Shown: positions 1 through 9,369 of the stretch, piece by piece
Layout: every line of letters starts with the position of its first letter
Position numbering within the stretch: position 1 is the first letter of the stretch
Assembly (NCBI GenBank): GCA_963750735.1
Contig: CAVVRY010000013.1
Coordinates: 1,856-65,855 of the forward strand
Reading direction: 5' to 3'
From: an uncultured Bacteroidales bacterium
GTDB taxonomy: Bacteria > Bacteroidota > Bacteroidia > Bacteroidales > VadinHA17
Length of the DNA: 64,000 nucleotides
Program-made: the position numbers and the translations under genes
The notes under the pieces: generated by a model
Seen by the model: only the letters and a program-made list of their open reading frames with translations
What the model was told of the DNA's origin: nothing
Databases searched by the model: none

Positions 1-797
1 ATTATGTAGTGAAAAGATATCAGGCCTATCCCAACCTGGTGTGGGACATATCAAAGGAAGCCCTCTCTTACGGCCGTGACGATCTTGGGTATATAAGTGA
101 GCGCATTGAACGTTTAAGGTTGCTTGATGGCCATAAAAGACTGCTTTCAGTGCATGATTATATATATTGTTCAGCCTTTCCTGAGAAGGTTGATTTTATT
201 TCCATACAAGAGTGGAAACCCAATATTTACAATGCTATGCGCGATGTAGCAGAACTGTATCCCAATAAACCTGTTTTCAATATTGAACACGGTGGTTATG
301 AGGCTACCCAGCACTTTATTTTTCATGGAGCCTATTCCGATCCGCTAATTTGCCTTGACAGAAACTACCAGTGTGTATTTGCCGGAACATATTCAACCTA
401 CTATTGGCAAAATACATCCTGGTATGAAGTTGTGTACAACCCTTCTTCCCTCCCATTGGAAAATCAGCCTAATCTTTTGTGGTATAAAAACCTGGCTAAG
501 CTTTTTATTTTATACGATTTTAACATCCTCGAGCCAATGCAAAGCAGCTTTTTACCCTATACCCTGACAGATCATAAAACAGTTTATCTTTTTTATATTA
601 CTATGGGAATGGAGACCTTATCGGGAGAAGTAGCTGAATTGAATGGCAAAACAGTTGAGGTAAAATGGTATGACCCTCTCAGTGGAAAACTCCATATTTC
701 AGGCAAAAAAACTTTTGATGGTCCCTGGCTGGGATTCCCAAAACCAGATGAAATAAAATCTCCTTTTGCTGTGGCTATTTTGGAGGTGCAAGACTAA
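1..797 (+). CDS. C-terminal part of a putative glycoside-hydrolase-like protein (5' end outside window)
   Basis: Reading frame is open to the window edge (no stop upstream of position 9). The tail resembles DUF4038/GH140-like hydrolases with a beta-sandwich C-terminus. Family assignment is from memory only. Confidence 0.5.
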   Translation, partial: YVVKRYQAYPNLVWDISKEALSYGRDDLGYISERIERLRLLDGHKRLLSVHDYIYCSAFPEKVDFISIQEWKPNIYNAMRDVAELYPNKPVFNIEHGGYEATQHFIFHGAYSDPLICLDRNYQCVFAGTYSTYYWQNTSWYEVVYNPSSLPLENQPNLLWYKNLAKLFILYDFNILEPMQSSFLPYTLTDHKTVYLFYITMGMETLSGEVAELNGKTVEVKWYDPLSGKLHISGKKTFDGPWLGFPKPDEIKSPFAVAILEVQD

Positions 798-876
798 AAT
801 ATTTTGGTTTTAGGATTTGTAGACAGTTATATACCTAAAAAGAAACCATATATTCAACAGGTAAAAACAAAATCGT

Positions 877-2052
877 ATGAGTAAAAAGCAAACACGCCGT
901 CATTTTATAGGTACTACCCTAAAGGCTGGAATTAGTATTCCCATATTGGGTAATTCTCTTTTATCATGCAATAGTAAAGGCAAAGAACAAAAATCGACAG
1001 AGAATGATGGAAGTAGTAAGCTCAATATTCTGATCCTCGGAGGGACGAGTTTTCTGGGTCCGCATCAGATTGCCTATGCTATGGGTCGTGGTCATTCCAT
1101 AACCACTTTTACTCGTGGGAAAACAAAACCAAGCATTCACAAGGAACTGTTTGAAAATGTAGAATCGCTTATTGGTGATCGTGCTGATAATCTGGAGGCT
1201 CTGAAGAATCGGAAATGGGATGCTGTTATAGATAATTCAGGTCATAATGTGGAATGGACTCGTGATACTGCAGATCTGCTAAAAGATAATGTAGGATTGT
1301 ATATATTCACTTCTTCCACCGGGGTTTATTACCCTTATCTGGGAGATGATATAAAAGAGGATACTGAGTTGCTTCTTACCGAGCCTGAAGGTATCGAGGA
1401 TGAAGAGATGAAGATGGAATACTGGTACGGTGTTATGAAATCGAACTCGGAAATTGAGGCAAGGAAACATTTTGGCTCTGATAGAACCATTGTTGTCCGC
1501 CCTACTTATATGGTTGGACCGGCGGATAAATCAGACCGATTTATTTACTGGCCCGTTCGGCTTGCCAGAGGTGGAGAAATTATGGTCCCCGGAAAGAGTG
1601 ATGATCCTGTTCAGTTTATTGATGTTAGAGATGTTGCTGAATGGATGATTCGATTAATTGAAGGAAAAAATTCAGGAACCTATAATGCGGTTGGACCAAA
1701 ATCACCCACTGGTATGCATGCGTTTATTAAGGAGGCCCATGCATCCTTTAAGTCGGATGCATCCTTTGTTATGATTGACGATTACAATTTCTTAACAGAA
1801 CACAAAGTGCCCTATATCATTCCCTGGATTATGCCAGTAGGAAATAATTATGGATCAGCCCGTATAAATAATGATCTTGCTCTAGCTAATGGACTCAGCT
1901 TTACCCCCCTCTCGAAAACCATGAATGACATTCATACATGGTGGTATTCTGATGCTGTTACAGAAGAACATCGGCAGGATTTTGAATCTAAACCGGATTC
2001 AATTTTGGCCAGGGAAAAAAGCATTATTCAAAACTGGAAAAACAAAACTTAA
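877..2052 (+). CDS. NAD-dependent epimerase/dehydratase (SDR-fold) protein with Tat-type signal
   Basis: 391-aa ORF. N-terminal twin-arginine motif (TRRHFIGTT). Rossmann-type glycine motif ILGGTSFLGPH. Overall extended-SDR look. Confidence 0.75.
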   Translation: MSKKQTRRHFIGTTLKAGISIPILGNSLLSCNSKGKEQKSTENDGSSKLNILILGGTSFLGPHQIAYAMGRGHSITTFTRGKTKPSIHKELFENVESLIGDRADNLEALKNRKWDAVIDNSGHNVEWTRDTADLLKDNVGLYIFTSSTGVYYPYLGDDIKEDTELLLTEPEGIEDEEMKMEYWYGVMKSNSEIEARKHFGSDRTIVVRPTYMVGPADKSDRFIYWPVRLARGGEIMVPGKSDDPVQFIDVRDVAEWMIRLIEGKNSGTYNAVGPKSPTGMHAFIKEAHASFKSDASFVMIDDYNFLTEHKVPYIIPWIMPVGNNYGSARINNDLALANGLSFTPLSKTMNDIHTWWYSDAVTEEHRQDFESKPDSILAREKSIIQNWKNKT

Positions 2053-3261
2053 ATGGAATCGATACGGAAAATATTTAAAATCGGGAACGGACCATCCAGT
2101 AGCCATACTATGGGCCCCAAAAAAGCAGCTGAAATATTTCTTGAAAAAAATCCGGATGCAGAATCCTATAAAGTTCAATTGTATGGCAGCTTAGCGTTAA
2201 CAGGTAAAGGGCACATGACGGATTACATTATCCTGGAAACATTGACAAAACCTACTGAGATAATCTGGAAAAATGAGGAAAGTCTATCCTTACATCCAAA
2301 TGGGATGATATTTGAGGCATTTAATAAGGCTGGAAAGCTTATGGATTCATGGGAAGTGTACAGTGTTGGTGGAGGTGAAATAATGGATAAGAACTCTGAA
2401 TCTACGGCTGAGGATATTTACCCCCAAACAACTATGGCGGATATAATTAAATACCTGGAGAAAAATGGGGGAACTCTTTGGGAGTATGTTTTTGAGGTTG
2501 AAGGAGAAGCTATCACAGATTACTTGAAAGAGGTTTGGGAGGCAATGAAAGCTTCTGTATTAAGAGGGCTTGAATCTGATGGAACATTGCCTGGAGTATT
2601 GAAGTTAACAAGGAAAGCACCCTCCTACCATGTGAAAGCCAATATGCAGAATAAATTTGCTGAAGATGATACCTTTTTATTTGCATATGCTCTGGCTGTG
2701 GCAGAGGAAAATGCCGCAGCTGGGAAAGTGGTAACTGCACCTACCTGTGGTTCATCGGGAATTTTACCTGCAGTGTTGTATTTGTCATATAAGAATTTCG
2801 GGATTTCTGAACAAAGAGTCTTGAAGGCACTTGCTGTTGCCGGATTGATTGGGAATTTAATCAAGGAAAATGCCTCTATTTCAGGGGCAGAGGTAGGCTG
2901 TCAGGGCGAGGTTGGAGCTGCCTGCTCAATGGCTGCGGGAGCTGTCACTCAGATATTAGGCGGTACTACCTACCAGATAGAATATGCAGCATCAACCGGC
3001 CTTGAGCACCATCTTGGGCTTACCTGCGACCCGATTGCAGGCTTAGTACAGATACCCTGTATTGAAAGAAACGCATTTGGTGCCCAACGAGCCCTTGACT
3101 CAGCATTGTACGCCATACATTCTGATGGTAGGCATATGGTTCCATTTGATAACATAGTAGAGGTTATGGAACAAACCGGTCATGATTTACCCAGTTTGTA
3201 TAAAGAAACCTCCAAAGGTGGTCTTGCAACTATTGGATTACATGGTCGCCCGGAAAAATAG
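2053..3261 (+). CDS. sdaA: L-serine ammonia-lyase (iron-sulfur dependent, single chain)
   Basis: 402-aa ORF starting directly after the upstream stop. N-terminal GNGPSSSHTMGP motif. Cys-containing TAPTCGSSG and CQGEVG segments typical of Fe-S L-serine dehydratases. Confidence 0.9.
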   Translation: MESIRKIFKIGNGPSSSHTMGPKKAAEIFLEKNPDAESYKVQLYGSLALTGKGHMTDYIILETLTKPTEIIWKNEESLSLHPNGMIFEAFNKAGKLMDSWEVYSVGGGEIMDKNSESTAEDIYPQTTMADIIKYLEKNGGTLWEYVFEVEGEAITDYLKEVWEAMKASVLRGLESDGTLPGVLKLTRKAPSYHVKANMQNKFAEDDTFLFAYALAVAEENAAAGKVVTAPTCGSSGILPAVLYLSYKNFGISEQRVLKALAVAGLIGNLIKENASISGAEVGCQGEVGAACSMAAGAVTQILGGTTYQIEYAASTGLEHHLGLTCDPIAGLVQIPCIERNAFGAQRALDSALYAIHSDGRHMVPFDNIVEVMEQTGHDLPSLYKETSKGGLATIGLHGRPEK

Positions 3262-3295
3262 TTTACTTCCGGAATATCAATAAATTACTTCTAAA

Positions 3296-4135
3296 ATGAA
3301 AAAGAAGAAATTTCCCATCTTCCTTGCAGCAATGCTTATGTTCCCGGCTTCTTTCGCTGGAACTAAAAATGACTCAGTATCTATTACCTATATCGCAAAT
3401 TGTGGGTTTATGATTGAAATTGATTCAAAAAAAATCTTGATTGATGCTCTTTTCAAAGAAGGATTTAATCATTATACAGTGCCTGATTCCAGTACAATTG
3501 CTTTGATAAACTCTAATAAGAAACCCTTTAATGGTATAGATCTGGTTTTGGTGACGCATAAACATGCTGATCATTTTGATCCAGAAATGCTTATAAGCTT
3601 TATGCTCAGAAACCCAGGTGCCAAGCTAATTTGTCCCACACAGGTTATTGAATTATTAAGTCAACATGAAATTGGGTACAATAAAATCAAATCAAATATC
3701 ATTAATGCGAGCCCTGAATTGTATCGCTCAGAGCTCATCAAGATAGATGGGTTTGAAATATATGCCTGCCGGCTGATGCATGGCCATGTGAATAATAAGG
3801 ACATACAAAATATTGCCTACCTGGTAAGCTATAACGGAAAGTCAGTATTTCATACCGGTGATGCAGATCCACATCAGGTTGATAAATATTCCGGTGTGAA
3901 TATAAATGAAGAGAATATTCTTGTAGGACTTATAAACGATGGTTTTGGGAATATTAAAAATGCAGAAATAACCCGCCAGTTTATAAATGCTCAATACAAT
4001 GTTACTATGCATCTTCCCGAAAAGATTTCTAAAATCTGGCTGGAACCCTTGAAAGATCAACCTGACTTATTTTCAAATCCTTTTGTTTTTACAGAACCCT
4101 TGCAGCAAAAGACCTTTTACACAGAATCTAAATAA
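3296..4135 (+). CDS. MBL-fold metallo-hydrolase, secreted
   Basis: 279-aa ORF with signal peptide. HxHxDH motif (THKHADHFD) and a downstream His/Asp (HTGDAD). Confidence 0.75.
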   Translation: MKKKKFPIFLAAMLMFPASFAGTKNDSVSITYIANCGFMIEIDSKKILIDALFKEGFNHYTVPDSSTIALINSNKKPFNGIDLVLVTHKHADHFDPEMLISFMLRNPGAKLICPTQVIELLSQHEIGYNKIKSNIINASPELYRSELIKIDGFEIYACRLMHGHVNNKDIQNIAYLVSYNGKSVFHTGDADPHQVDKYSGVNINEENILVGLINDGFGNIKNAEITRQFINAQYNVTMHLPEKISKIWLEPLKDQPDLFSNPFVFTEPLQQKTFYTESK

Positions 4136-4189
4136 TTATCCTTTATCCTAACGTGTCATTTAAATATTTATGTTTGTTAAAGACTTGTG

Positions 4190-4625
4190 TGCTATTCAAC
4201 AGTCTAGTCTTCGACGGAGCTCAGACTGACTGGGGATTGTTGAAGTTATTATAAGTAGTTACTCTGAGACTTCGGCGTGAGCTCAGTCGAACGCCTGCCG
4301 AAGGGTAGACGGAACAATTTAATTAGGATTTAAATTGGATTCACGGTAGTATTCCCAGTCTAGTCTTCGACGGAGCTCAGACTGACTGGGGACTGTTGAG
4401 GTTATTATAAGTAGTCACTCTGAGACTTCGGTGTAAGCTCGGTCGAATACCTGCCGAAGGGTAGACGGAACAATTTAATTAGGATTTAAATTGGATTCAT
4501 GGTGGTATTCCCAGTCTAGTCTTCGACGGAGCTCAGACTGACTGGAGATTGTTGAAGTTATTTTGTTACTCTGAGACTTCGGCGTGAGCTCGGTCGAACG
4601 CCTGTCGAAGGGTAGACGGAACAAT
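4190..4625. repeat. Tandem array of three 156-bp structured repeat units
   Basis: Units start at 4201, 4357 and 4513 (exact 156-bp period). The third unit has a small internal deletion and ends near 4625. Each unit contains two hairpins and two copies of a CTTCGRCG..GAGCTCAG sub-motif. No ORF. Confidence 0.9.
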
Positions 4626-4662
4626 AAAACCAAAAAGGGAAGCCACAATGAGTAACTTCCCT
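4626..4662 (-). terminator. Rho-independent terminator candidate (minus strand)
   Basis: 7-bp stem AGGGAAG (4636-4642) / CTTCCCT (4656-4662). On the minus strand it is followed by TTTTTGGTTTT (4626-4635). It lies about 35 nt downstream of the stop of the decayed lipoprotein gene. Confidence 0.6.
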
Positions 4663-4697
4663 TATTAGAATGATTAACTTAAAACTTTAATTTTTAA

Positions 4698-5236
4698 TTA
4701 GTAGGTGATTTCTCCTTCTCCCTTAAGTTCATAAACCATATTGACATCATCAGTTGTACCATACGTAATTATTTCACCTGTTGCACCCTCAAATCGACCG
4801 GTACCATCATAAATCTCATATTATAATAGGATAAACCATTTTCTTGCCATGGTGGCCATATCAATTTAGTATGGAGCTCATCACCATTTGCTGCAGTCAT
4901 GACACCTAACCAGTCGCCCACCGGATAAAATCACCGGAACCATCTGGCATGAATTTTACACAGGCCATATTTTTAACAGTAAAATGCCCTAATAAGTTGG
5001 CATTGCCCTGCCCATTAATTATAAACTGAGCATCAACATCTGGGCAATCAGCAGCTCCTGAATATCTATTCCATAGTGCCCCAACTCCTCTTAATACTTA
5101 GAGTTTTGGTTTTAAGTTTCTTAGATTTTAATTCTGTAAGAACATTCAGGTCTTCATCCTGCAGAAGAGATTCATCCTTACTGCAGGCAAATGCAATAAT
5201 GCAAAATGCGAATAGAAAAATGATGCTTTTCTTCAT
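4698..5236 (-). pseudogene. Decayed small lipoprotein gene (at least 3 frameshifts)
   Basis: ATG at 5236 gives MKKSIIFLFAFCIIAFACSKD (lipobox), then a stop after about 56 codons. The rest of the protein can be followed through three further frames to a TAA at 4698-4700: ALWNRYSGAADCPDVDAQFIINGQGNANLLGHFTVKN.. / DWLGVMTAANGDELH.. / YEIYDGTGRFEGATGEIITYG..GEGEITY. No minus-strand ORF of 60 aa or more in the track. Confidence 0.75.
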
Positions 5237-5424
5237 AATAATAATTTTAAAGGTTAAAAAAAAGTGTAATTAATTAATGGATAATTTGTAATTTAGGGTC
5301 CGGTTTTGTGAAATATAAAATATGAAAATTTCATGTAAAAACCAAAAAAATAATTAGAGTATTGTATAACAACAAGAACTGTTTTGTAAATTGCAAACCC
5401 AAAGTCATTCATTAATATCTCCCT

Positions 5425-6006
5425 ATGGGTACTTTTGAATATTTATCTGTATTTGTCTCAATTATTTTGGGTTTAGGTATAACCTATGGGATAGTCGGAG
5501 TCGGTCAACTGGTAAGAAAAAGAAATCAATATGAATTCTACTGGTTACATACAATTCAAATTTTTGCAACATTTTTGATTTTACTCAACGCCTGGTGGAT
5601 TACCTACAGCTGGGTAGGAATGACAGATCTTTCTTTTTTTCATTACCTGTTTTTAACCTGTGCCCCCTTTGTTATCGTTTTGGCCTCAACTTTCCTTTTT
5701 CCTGGCAGAGAAGAATCAAATAAATGGAGCCTTAAGGATCATTATTTCTCAGTTTCCCGGCCATATTATATTCTAATAAGCCTTGTGTGGCCATTGGATT
5801 TTATCGATACACTATTGAAAGGAACTGATCGGGTTGCGGAACTCGGGTGGACATATGCAGTGATATCCTGGGCTGCATTTCCGATTATTGCTTCAGTGGC
5901 TTTCACTCGCAAGCCATGGTATCATGGATTGGTACAAATTATCAATATCATTGGATTGATTGTAACAAAATTCATGTATGCCCCAACACTTGAGTCACTT
6001 ATTTGA
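5425..6006 (+). CDS. Integral membrane protein, unknown family
   Basis: 193-aa ORF with about 5-6 hydrophobic helices. It has a disrupted paralog at 11270-11850. Confidence 0.7.
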   Translation: MGTFEYLSVFVSIILGLGITYGIVGVGQLVRKRNQYEFYWLHTIQIFATFLILLNAWWITYSWVGMTDLSFFHYLFLTCAPFVIVLASTFLFPGREESNKWSLKDHYFSVSRPYYILISLVWPLDFIDTLLKGTDRVAELGWTYAVISWAAFPIIASVAFTRKPWYHGLVQIINIIGLIVTKFMYAPTLESLI

Positions 6007-6017
6007 GAAATATTCGA

Positions 6018-6881
6018 ATGTGTGAAAAAATAAAATCGGGCAGAAGTATATATTTTGCATTGATATTTGCTATGCTCCTATTCGGCTGTCTGGAAAAGAA
6101 AAAGGAAGAAAGAACAAATCGTTTTAAAGAAGCCAGACAGGTTGTTTTGGAGGAGATTCAGGAGATTATTGACTCGTCCTTTGTAAAAGGCTCAGTATTG
6201 GTTTTTGATCCCCAACGCAATATATATTATTCCAATGATTTCGAATGGGCAAACCAGGGGAAACTTCCAGCTTCTACGTTTAAAATTCCGAATTCAATAA
6301 TAGCCCTGGAAACCGGTATTATTGATAGTGACAGTAGTATAATTAAGTGGGATGGCGAAAAAAGGAATTTGGCTATTTGGGAACAGGATCTTAGCTTTCA
6401 TGACGCATTTCAGTTTTCATGTGTTCCATGTTACCAGGAAATTGCAAGGGAAATTGGTGAAAACAGGATGCGTAAATACCTTGCGAAATTGGAATATGGT
6501 GAAATGGTTTTTGACTCAAATAGCATTGATTGGTTCTGGTTGGTTGGAGAGTCAGCTATATCCCAGTTTCAACAAATTGATTTTCTTGAAAGGTTATACA
6601 ATGGTGAGCTTCAGATATCTGACAGAACAGAGGCAATAATGAAAAGGATGATGCTCATCGAGAAAACAGATGATTATACTTTATCAGGCAAGACAGGCTG
6701 GTCGTATTATAAGGAGATTGATAATGGCTGGTTTGTTGGCTATGTTAACAAAAACAAAGAGATATATTACTTTGCAACGAATATTGAACCCCAAGAGAGC
6801 TTGAACATGGATTTATTTCCTGCCCTGAGGAAGGAAATAACACTGGAAGCATTAAAAATCCTGGGAATTTTAAAATATTGA
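6018..6881 (+). CDS. Class D (OXA-like) beta-lactamase, lipoprotein
   Basis: Motifs S-T-F-K, S-C-V (SxV), Y-G-E (at the YGN position), K-T-G and W-F-V-G in the canonical order. Signal peptide with lipobox LLFGC. ATG at 6018 preferred over the in-frame TTG at 6003 used by the ORF track. Confidence 0.85.
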   Translation: MCEKIKSGRSIYFALIFAMLLFGCLEKKKEERTNRFKEARQVVLEEIQEIIDSSFVKGSVLVFDPQRNIYYSNDFEWANQGKLPASTFKIPNSIIALETGIIDSDSSIIKWDGEKRNLAIWEQDLSFHDAFQFSCVPCYQEIAREIGENRMRKYLAKLEYGEMVFDSNSIDWFWLVGESAISQFQQIDFLERLYNGELQISDRTEAIMKRMMLIEKTDDYTLSGKTGWSYYKEIDNGWFVGYVNKNKEIYYFATNIEPQESLNMDLFPALRKEITLEALKILGILKY

Positions 6882-7004
6882 ATCTTTCCATATTATTATG
6901 AATTTATGAGCATCCATTTGTTGGCTAAAATCAGGGTTAACACTTCAACCTTTTGGTCATTTTTTGTAAATTCGTTGCTTAAACCTGCTAACTAAATATT
7001 CATT

Positions 7005-9311
7005 ATGAGATCATTGACAATTATCTTAATCATCGTACTCTTTTCTGCCTGTAGTTACCATGAAGAAACATCTAACCTAAAGCTCTGGTATGAACAGCCA
7101 GCTGAAGCCTGGACAGATGCACTTCCTGTTGGAAATGGCAGGTTGGGTGCTATGGTGTACGGAGGAGTGGAAAAGGAATATATCCAGTTCAATGAAGAAA
7201 CACTTTGGAAAGGTGGACCACATGACTATGCACATAAGGGAGCGGTGAACTACCTGAGCGAGATAAGACAACTTCTATTTGACGGCAAACAAAACGAGGC
7301 ACACAAGCTGGCAATGGAAAAGTTTATGAGTACTCCATTAACCCAGATGGAATACCAACCCTTTGGTGATCTCTATTTTGAATTTCCCGGGCATGAAGAC
7401 TACAGTAATTATTATCGTGAGCTCGATATTGAGAAAGCTGTTTGTAAAACATCTTACTCAGTAAATGACATTTTATACACCCGTGAAGTAATTGCCAGTT
7501 ATCCAAAACAGGTTATTGCTGTTCATATTGAGGCTAGTAAAGCTAAATCTCTCTCCTTTAGTGTTTATATGGATGCCAGCCATGAAATAAAGTCCCTGTC
7601 TACAGAAGGGAATACCCAGATCTTACAGGTGGCTGTGAAGGATGGTGAATTGAGGGGAACTGCCGGTATAAAAGTTGAATCAGATGGGACGATTTCAAAT
7701 GAAAAAGATAAAATTGTTATAAAAAATGCCAGATCAGCAACCATATTGTTGAGTGCCAGTACGAATTTTATTTCATACAAGGATATTAGCAAAGATCCAC
7801 TGGCCAGCATGCAAAATGTATTGAATGCCTCAGAAGGACTTTCATATAAAGAGATTAAAGAAAATCATATAGCTGACTATCAGTCTCTTTTTAACAGATT
7901 TTCACTGGACCTGGGAACAAATGGAAGGGATAGTCTTCCAACTGATAAGAGACTTGAGGAATTTATTGAATCGCCCGATGATCCCTCCCTAATCAGCCTG
8001 TATACTCAATTTGGACGTTATTTGCTTATTTCATCAAGCAGACCAGGCACTCAACCGGCAACCCTTCAGGGAATTTGGAATAAGGAGCTGGATCCGGCCT
8101 GGGGAAGTAAGTATACTACCAACATCAATGCAGAAATGAATTACTGGCCTGCTGAGTTAACCAATCTCTCAGAATGCAATGAGCCGCTTTTTGGCTTAAT
8201 AGAGGATTGCTCAGAGACAGGAAAAAATGTTGCAAAAGAACATTATGGAGCTGATGGATGGATTTTACATCACAACACAGACCTATGGCGTGGGACGGCT
8301 CCAATAAACCATTCTAATCACGGAATGTGGCTTGGTGGAAGTGGTTGGATGTCAAGTCATCTGTGGGAGCATTATCTATTTACTCAGGATCTTATTTTTT
8401 TAGAAAAAAGGGCCTACCCCATTATGAAAAGTGCTGCTACTTTTTATTCGCAAGTACTTATTGAAGATCCTGAAACAGGCTGGTTGATAAGCACTCCTTC
8501 CAATTCACCGGAGATAGGGGGAATGGTTGCAGGTCCGACTATGGATCACCAGATTATCCGTTCTCTTTTTAAATCATGTGTAGAAGCCTCAGAAATACTG
8601 GGTGTCGATCCTGAATTCAGAAGCCAGTTAAAGACTCTGATTCCAAAAATTGCTCCAAATCAAATTGGAAAATACGGACAATTACAGGAATGGCTGCAAG
8701 ATGTGGATGATCCGGAAGTGAAGCACCGACATGTTTCTCATTTATGGGGCGTGCACCCTGGTAAGGATATTACCTGGGAAAGTGATCCTGAATTGATGGA
8801 AGCTGCCAAACAATCACTCCTTTTCAGAGGAGATGAGGGTACAGGATGGAGCCTTTCCTGGAAAATTAACTTCTGGGCTCGTTTTCTGGATGGAGATCAT
8901 GCCTATGAGTTAATTAAATTACTTTTCAGACCGGTGTCTTCAACAAATACAAAGTACATGGGTGGAGGAGGATCCTATGCAAACCTTTTCGATGCGCATC
9001 CCCCATTCCAGATCGATGGAAATTTTGGTGCTCCTGCAGGTATTGTGGAGATGTTGATACAGTCACATCAATCCGTTATTGATATATTGCCAGCTTTGCC
9101 CTCTGCATTGCCCAATGGTAAAATCTCCGGTGTTTGTGCCCGTGGAGGCTTTGAACTAACATTCAGTTGGGAAAATGGGGCTCTTACAAGCTTAAAAGTT
9201 CTTTCAAAGGCTGGTAAACCTTGCGTTTTGCGTTACAAAGGAGAGATTATAGAGTTAGAAACAATGTCCGGACAAAGCTATATTCTGGATGAGGAAATAA
9301 AGAGTCTTTAA
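7005..9311 (+). CDS. Glycoside hydrolase family 95 (alpha-L-fucosidase-like), lipoprotein
   Basis: 768-aa ORF. The N-terminal LWYEQPAEAWTDALPVGNGRLGAMVYGG..ETLW signature and overall length are typical of GH95. Signal peptide with Cys (FSACS). Confidence 0.85.
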   Translation: MRSLTIILIIVLFSACSYHEETSNLKLWYEQPAEAWTDALPVGNGRLGAMVYGGVEKEYIQFNEETLWKGGPHDYAHKGAVNYLSEIRQLLFDGKQNEAHKLAMEKFMSTPLTQMEYQPFGDLYFEFPGHEDYSNYYRELDIEKAVCKTSYSVNDILYTREVIASYPKQVIAVHIEASKAKSLSFSVYMDASHEIKSLSTEGNTQILQVAVKDGELRGTAGIKVESDGTISNEKDKIVIKNARSATILLSASTNFISYKDISKDPLASMQNVLNASEGLSYKEIKENHIADYQSLFNRFSLDLGTNGRDSLPTDKRLEEFIESPDDPSLISLYTQFGRYLLISSSRPGTQPATLQGIWNKELDPAWGSKYTTNINAEMNYWPAELTNLSECNEPLFGLIEDCSETGKNVAKEHYGADGWILHHNTDLWRGTAPINHSNHGMWLGGSGWMSSHLWEHYLFTQDLIFLEKRAYPIMKSAATFYSQVLIEDPETGWLISTPSNSPEIGGMVAGPTMDHQIIRSLFKSCVEASEILGVDPEFRSQLKTLIPKIAPNQIGKYGQLQEWLQDVDDPEVKHRHVSHLWGVHPGKDITWESDPELMEAAKQSLLFRGDEGTGWSLSWKINFWARFLDGDHAYELIKLLFRPVSSTNTKYMGGGGSYANLFDAHPPFQIDGNFGAPAGIVEMLIQSHQSVIDILPALPSALPNGKISGVCARGGFELTFSWENGALTSLKVLSKAGKPCVLRYKGEIIELETMSGQSYILDEEIKSL

Positions 9312-9369
9312 GATTATATACTATAGTTTATTTTGGCAGATAGTTGGAACCAACTCATCTTTTTGAGAT

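Noticed and set aside
4190-4625. Possible CRISPR array
   Set aside because: The period is 156 bp and the whole unit is repeated, so there are no unique spacers. The repeats are much longer than CRISPR repeats, and there are no cas genes in the window.
6003-6017. TTG start (ORF track) for the class D beta-lactamase, overlapping the upstream gene by 4 nt
   Set aside because: The in-frame ATG at 6018 gives a clean lipoprotein signal peptide (MCEKIKSGRSIYFALIFAMLLFGC). The extra five residues add nothing.
9342-9355. Hairpin AGTTGG-AA-CCAACT followed by a T-run as a bidirectional terminator between GH95 and the FNR-type gene
   Set aside because: A 2-nt loop is sterically implausible. Opening the loop leaves only a 4-bp stem. 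It also overlaps the region just beyond the regulator's stop.
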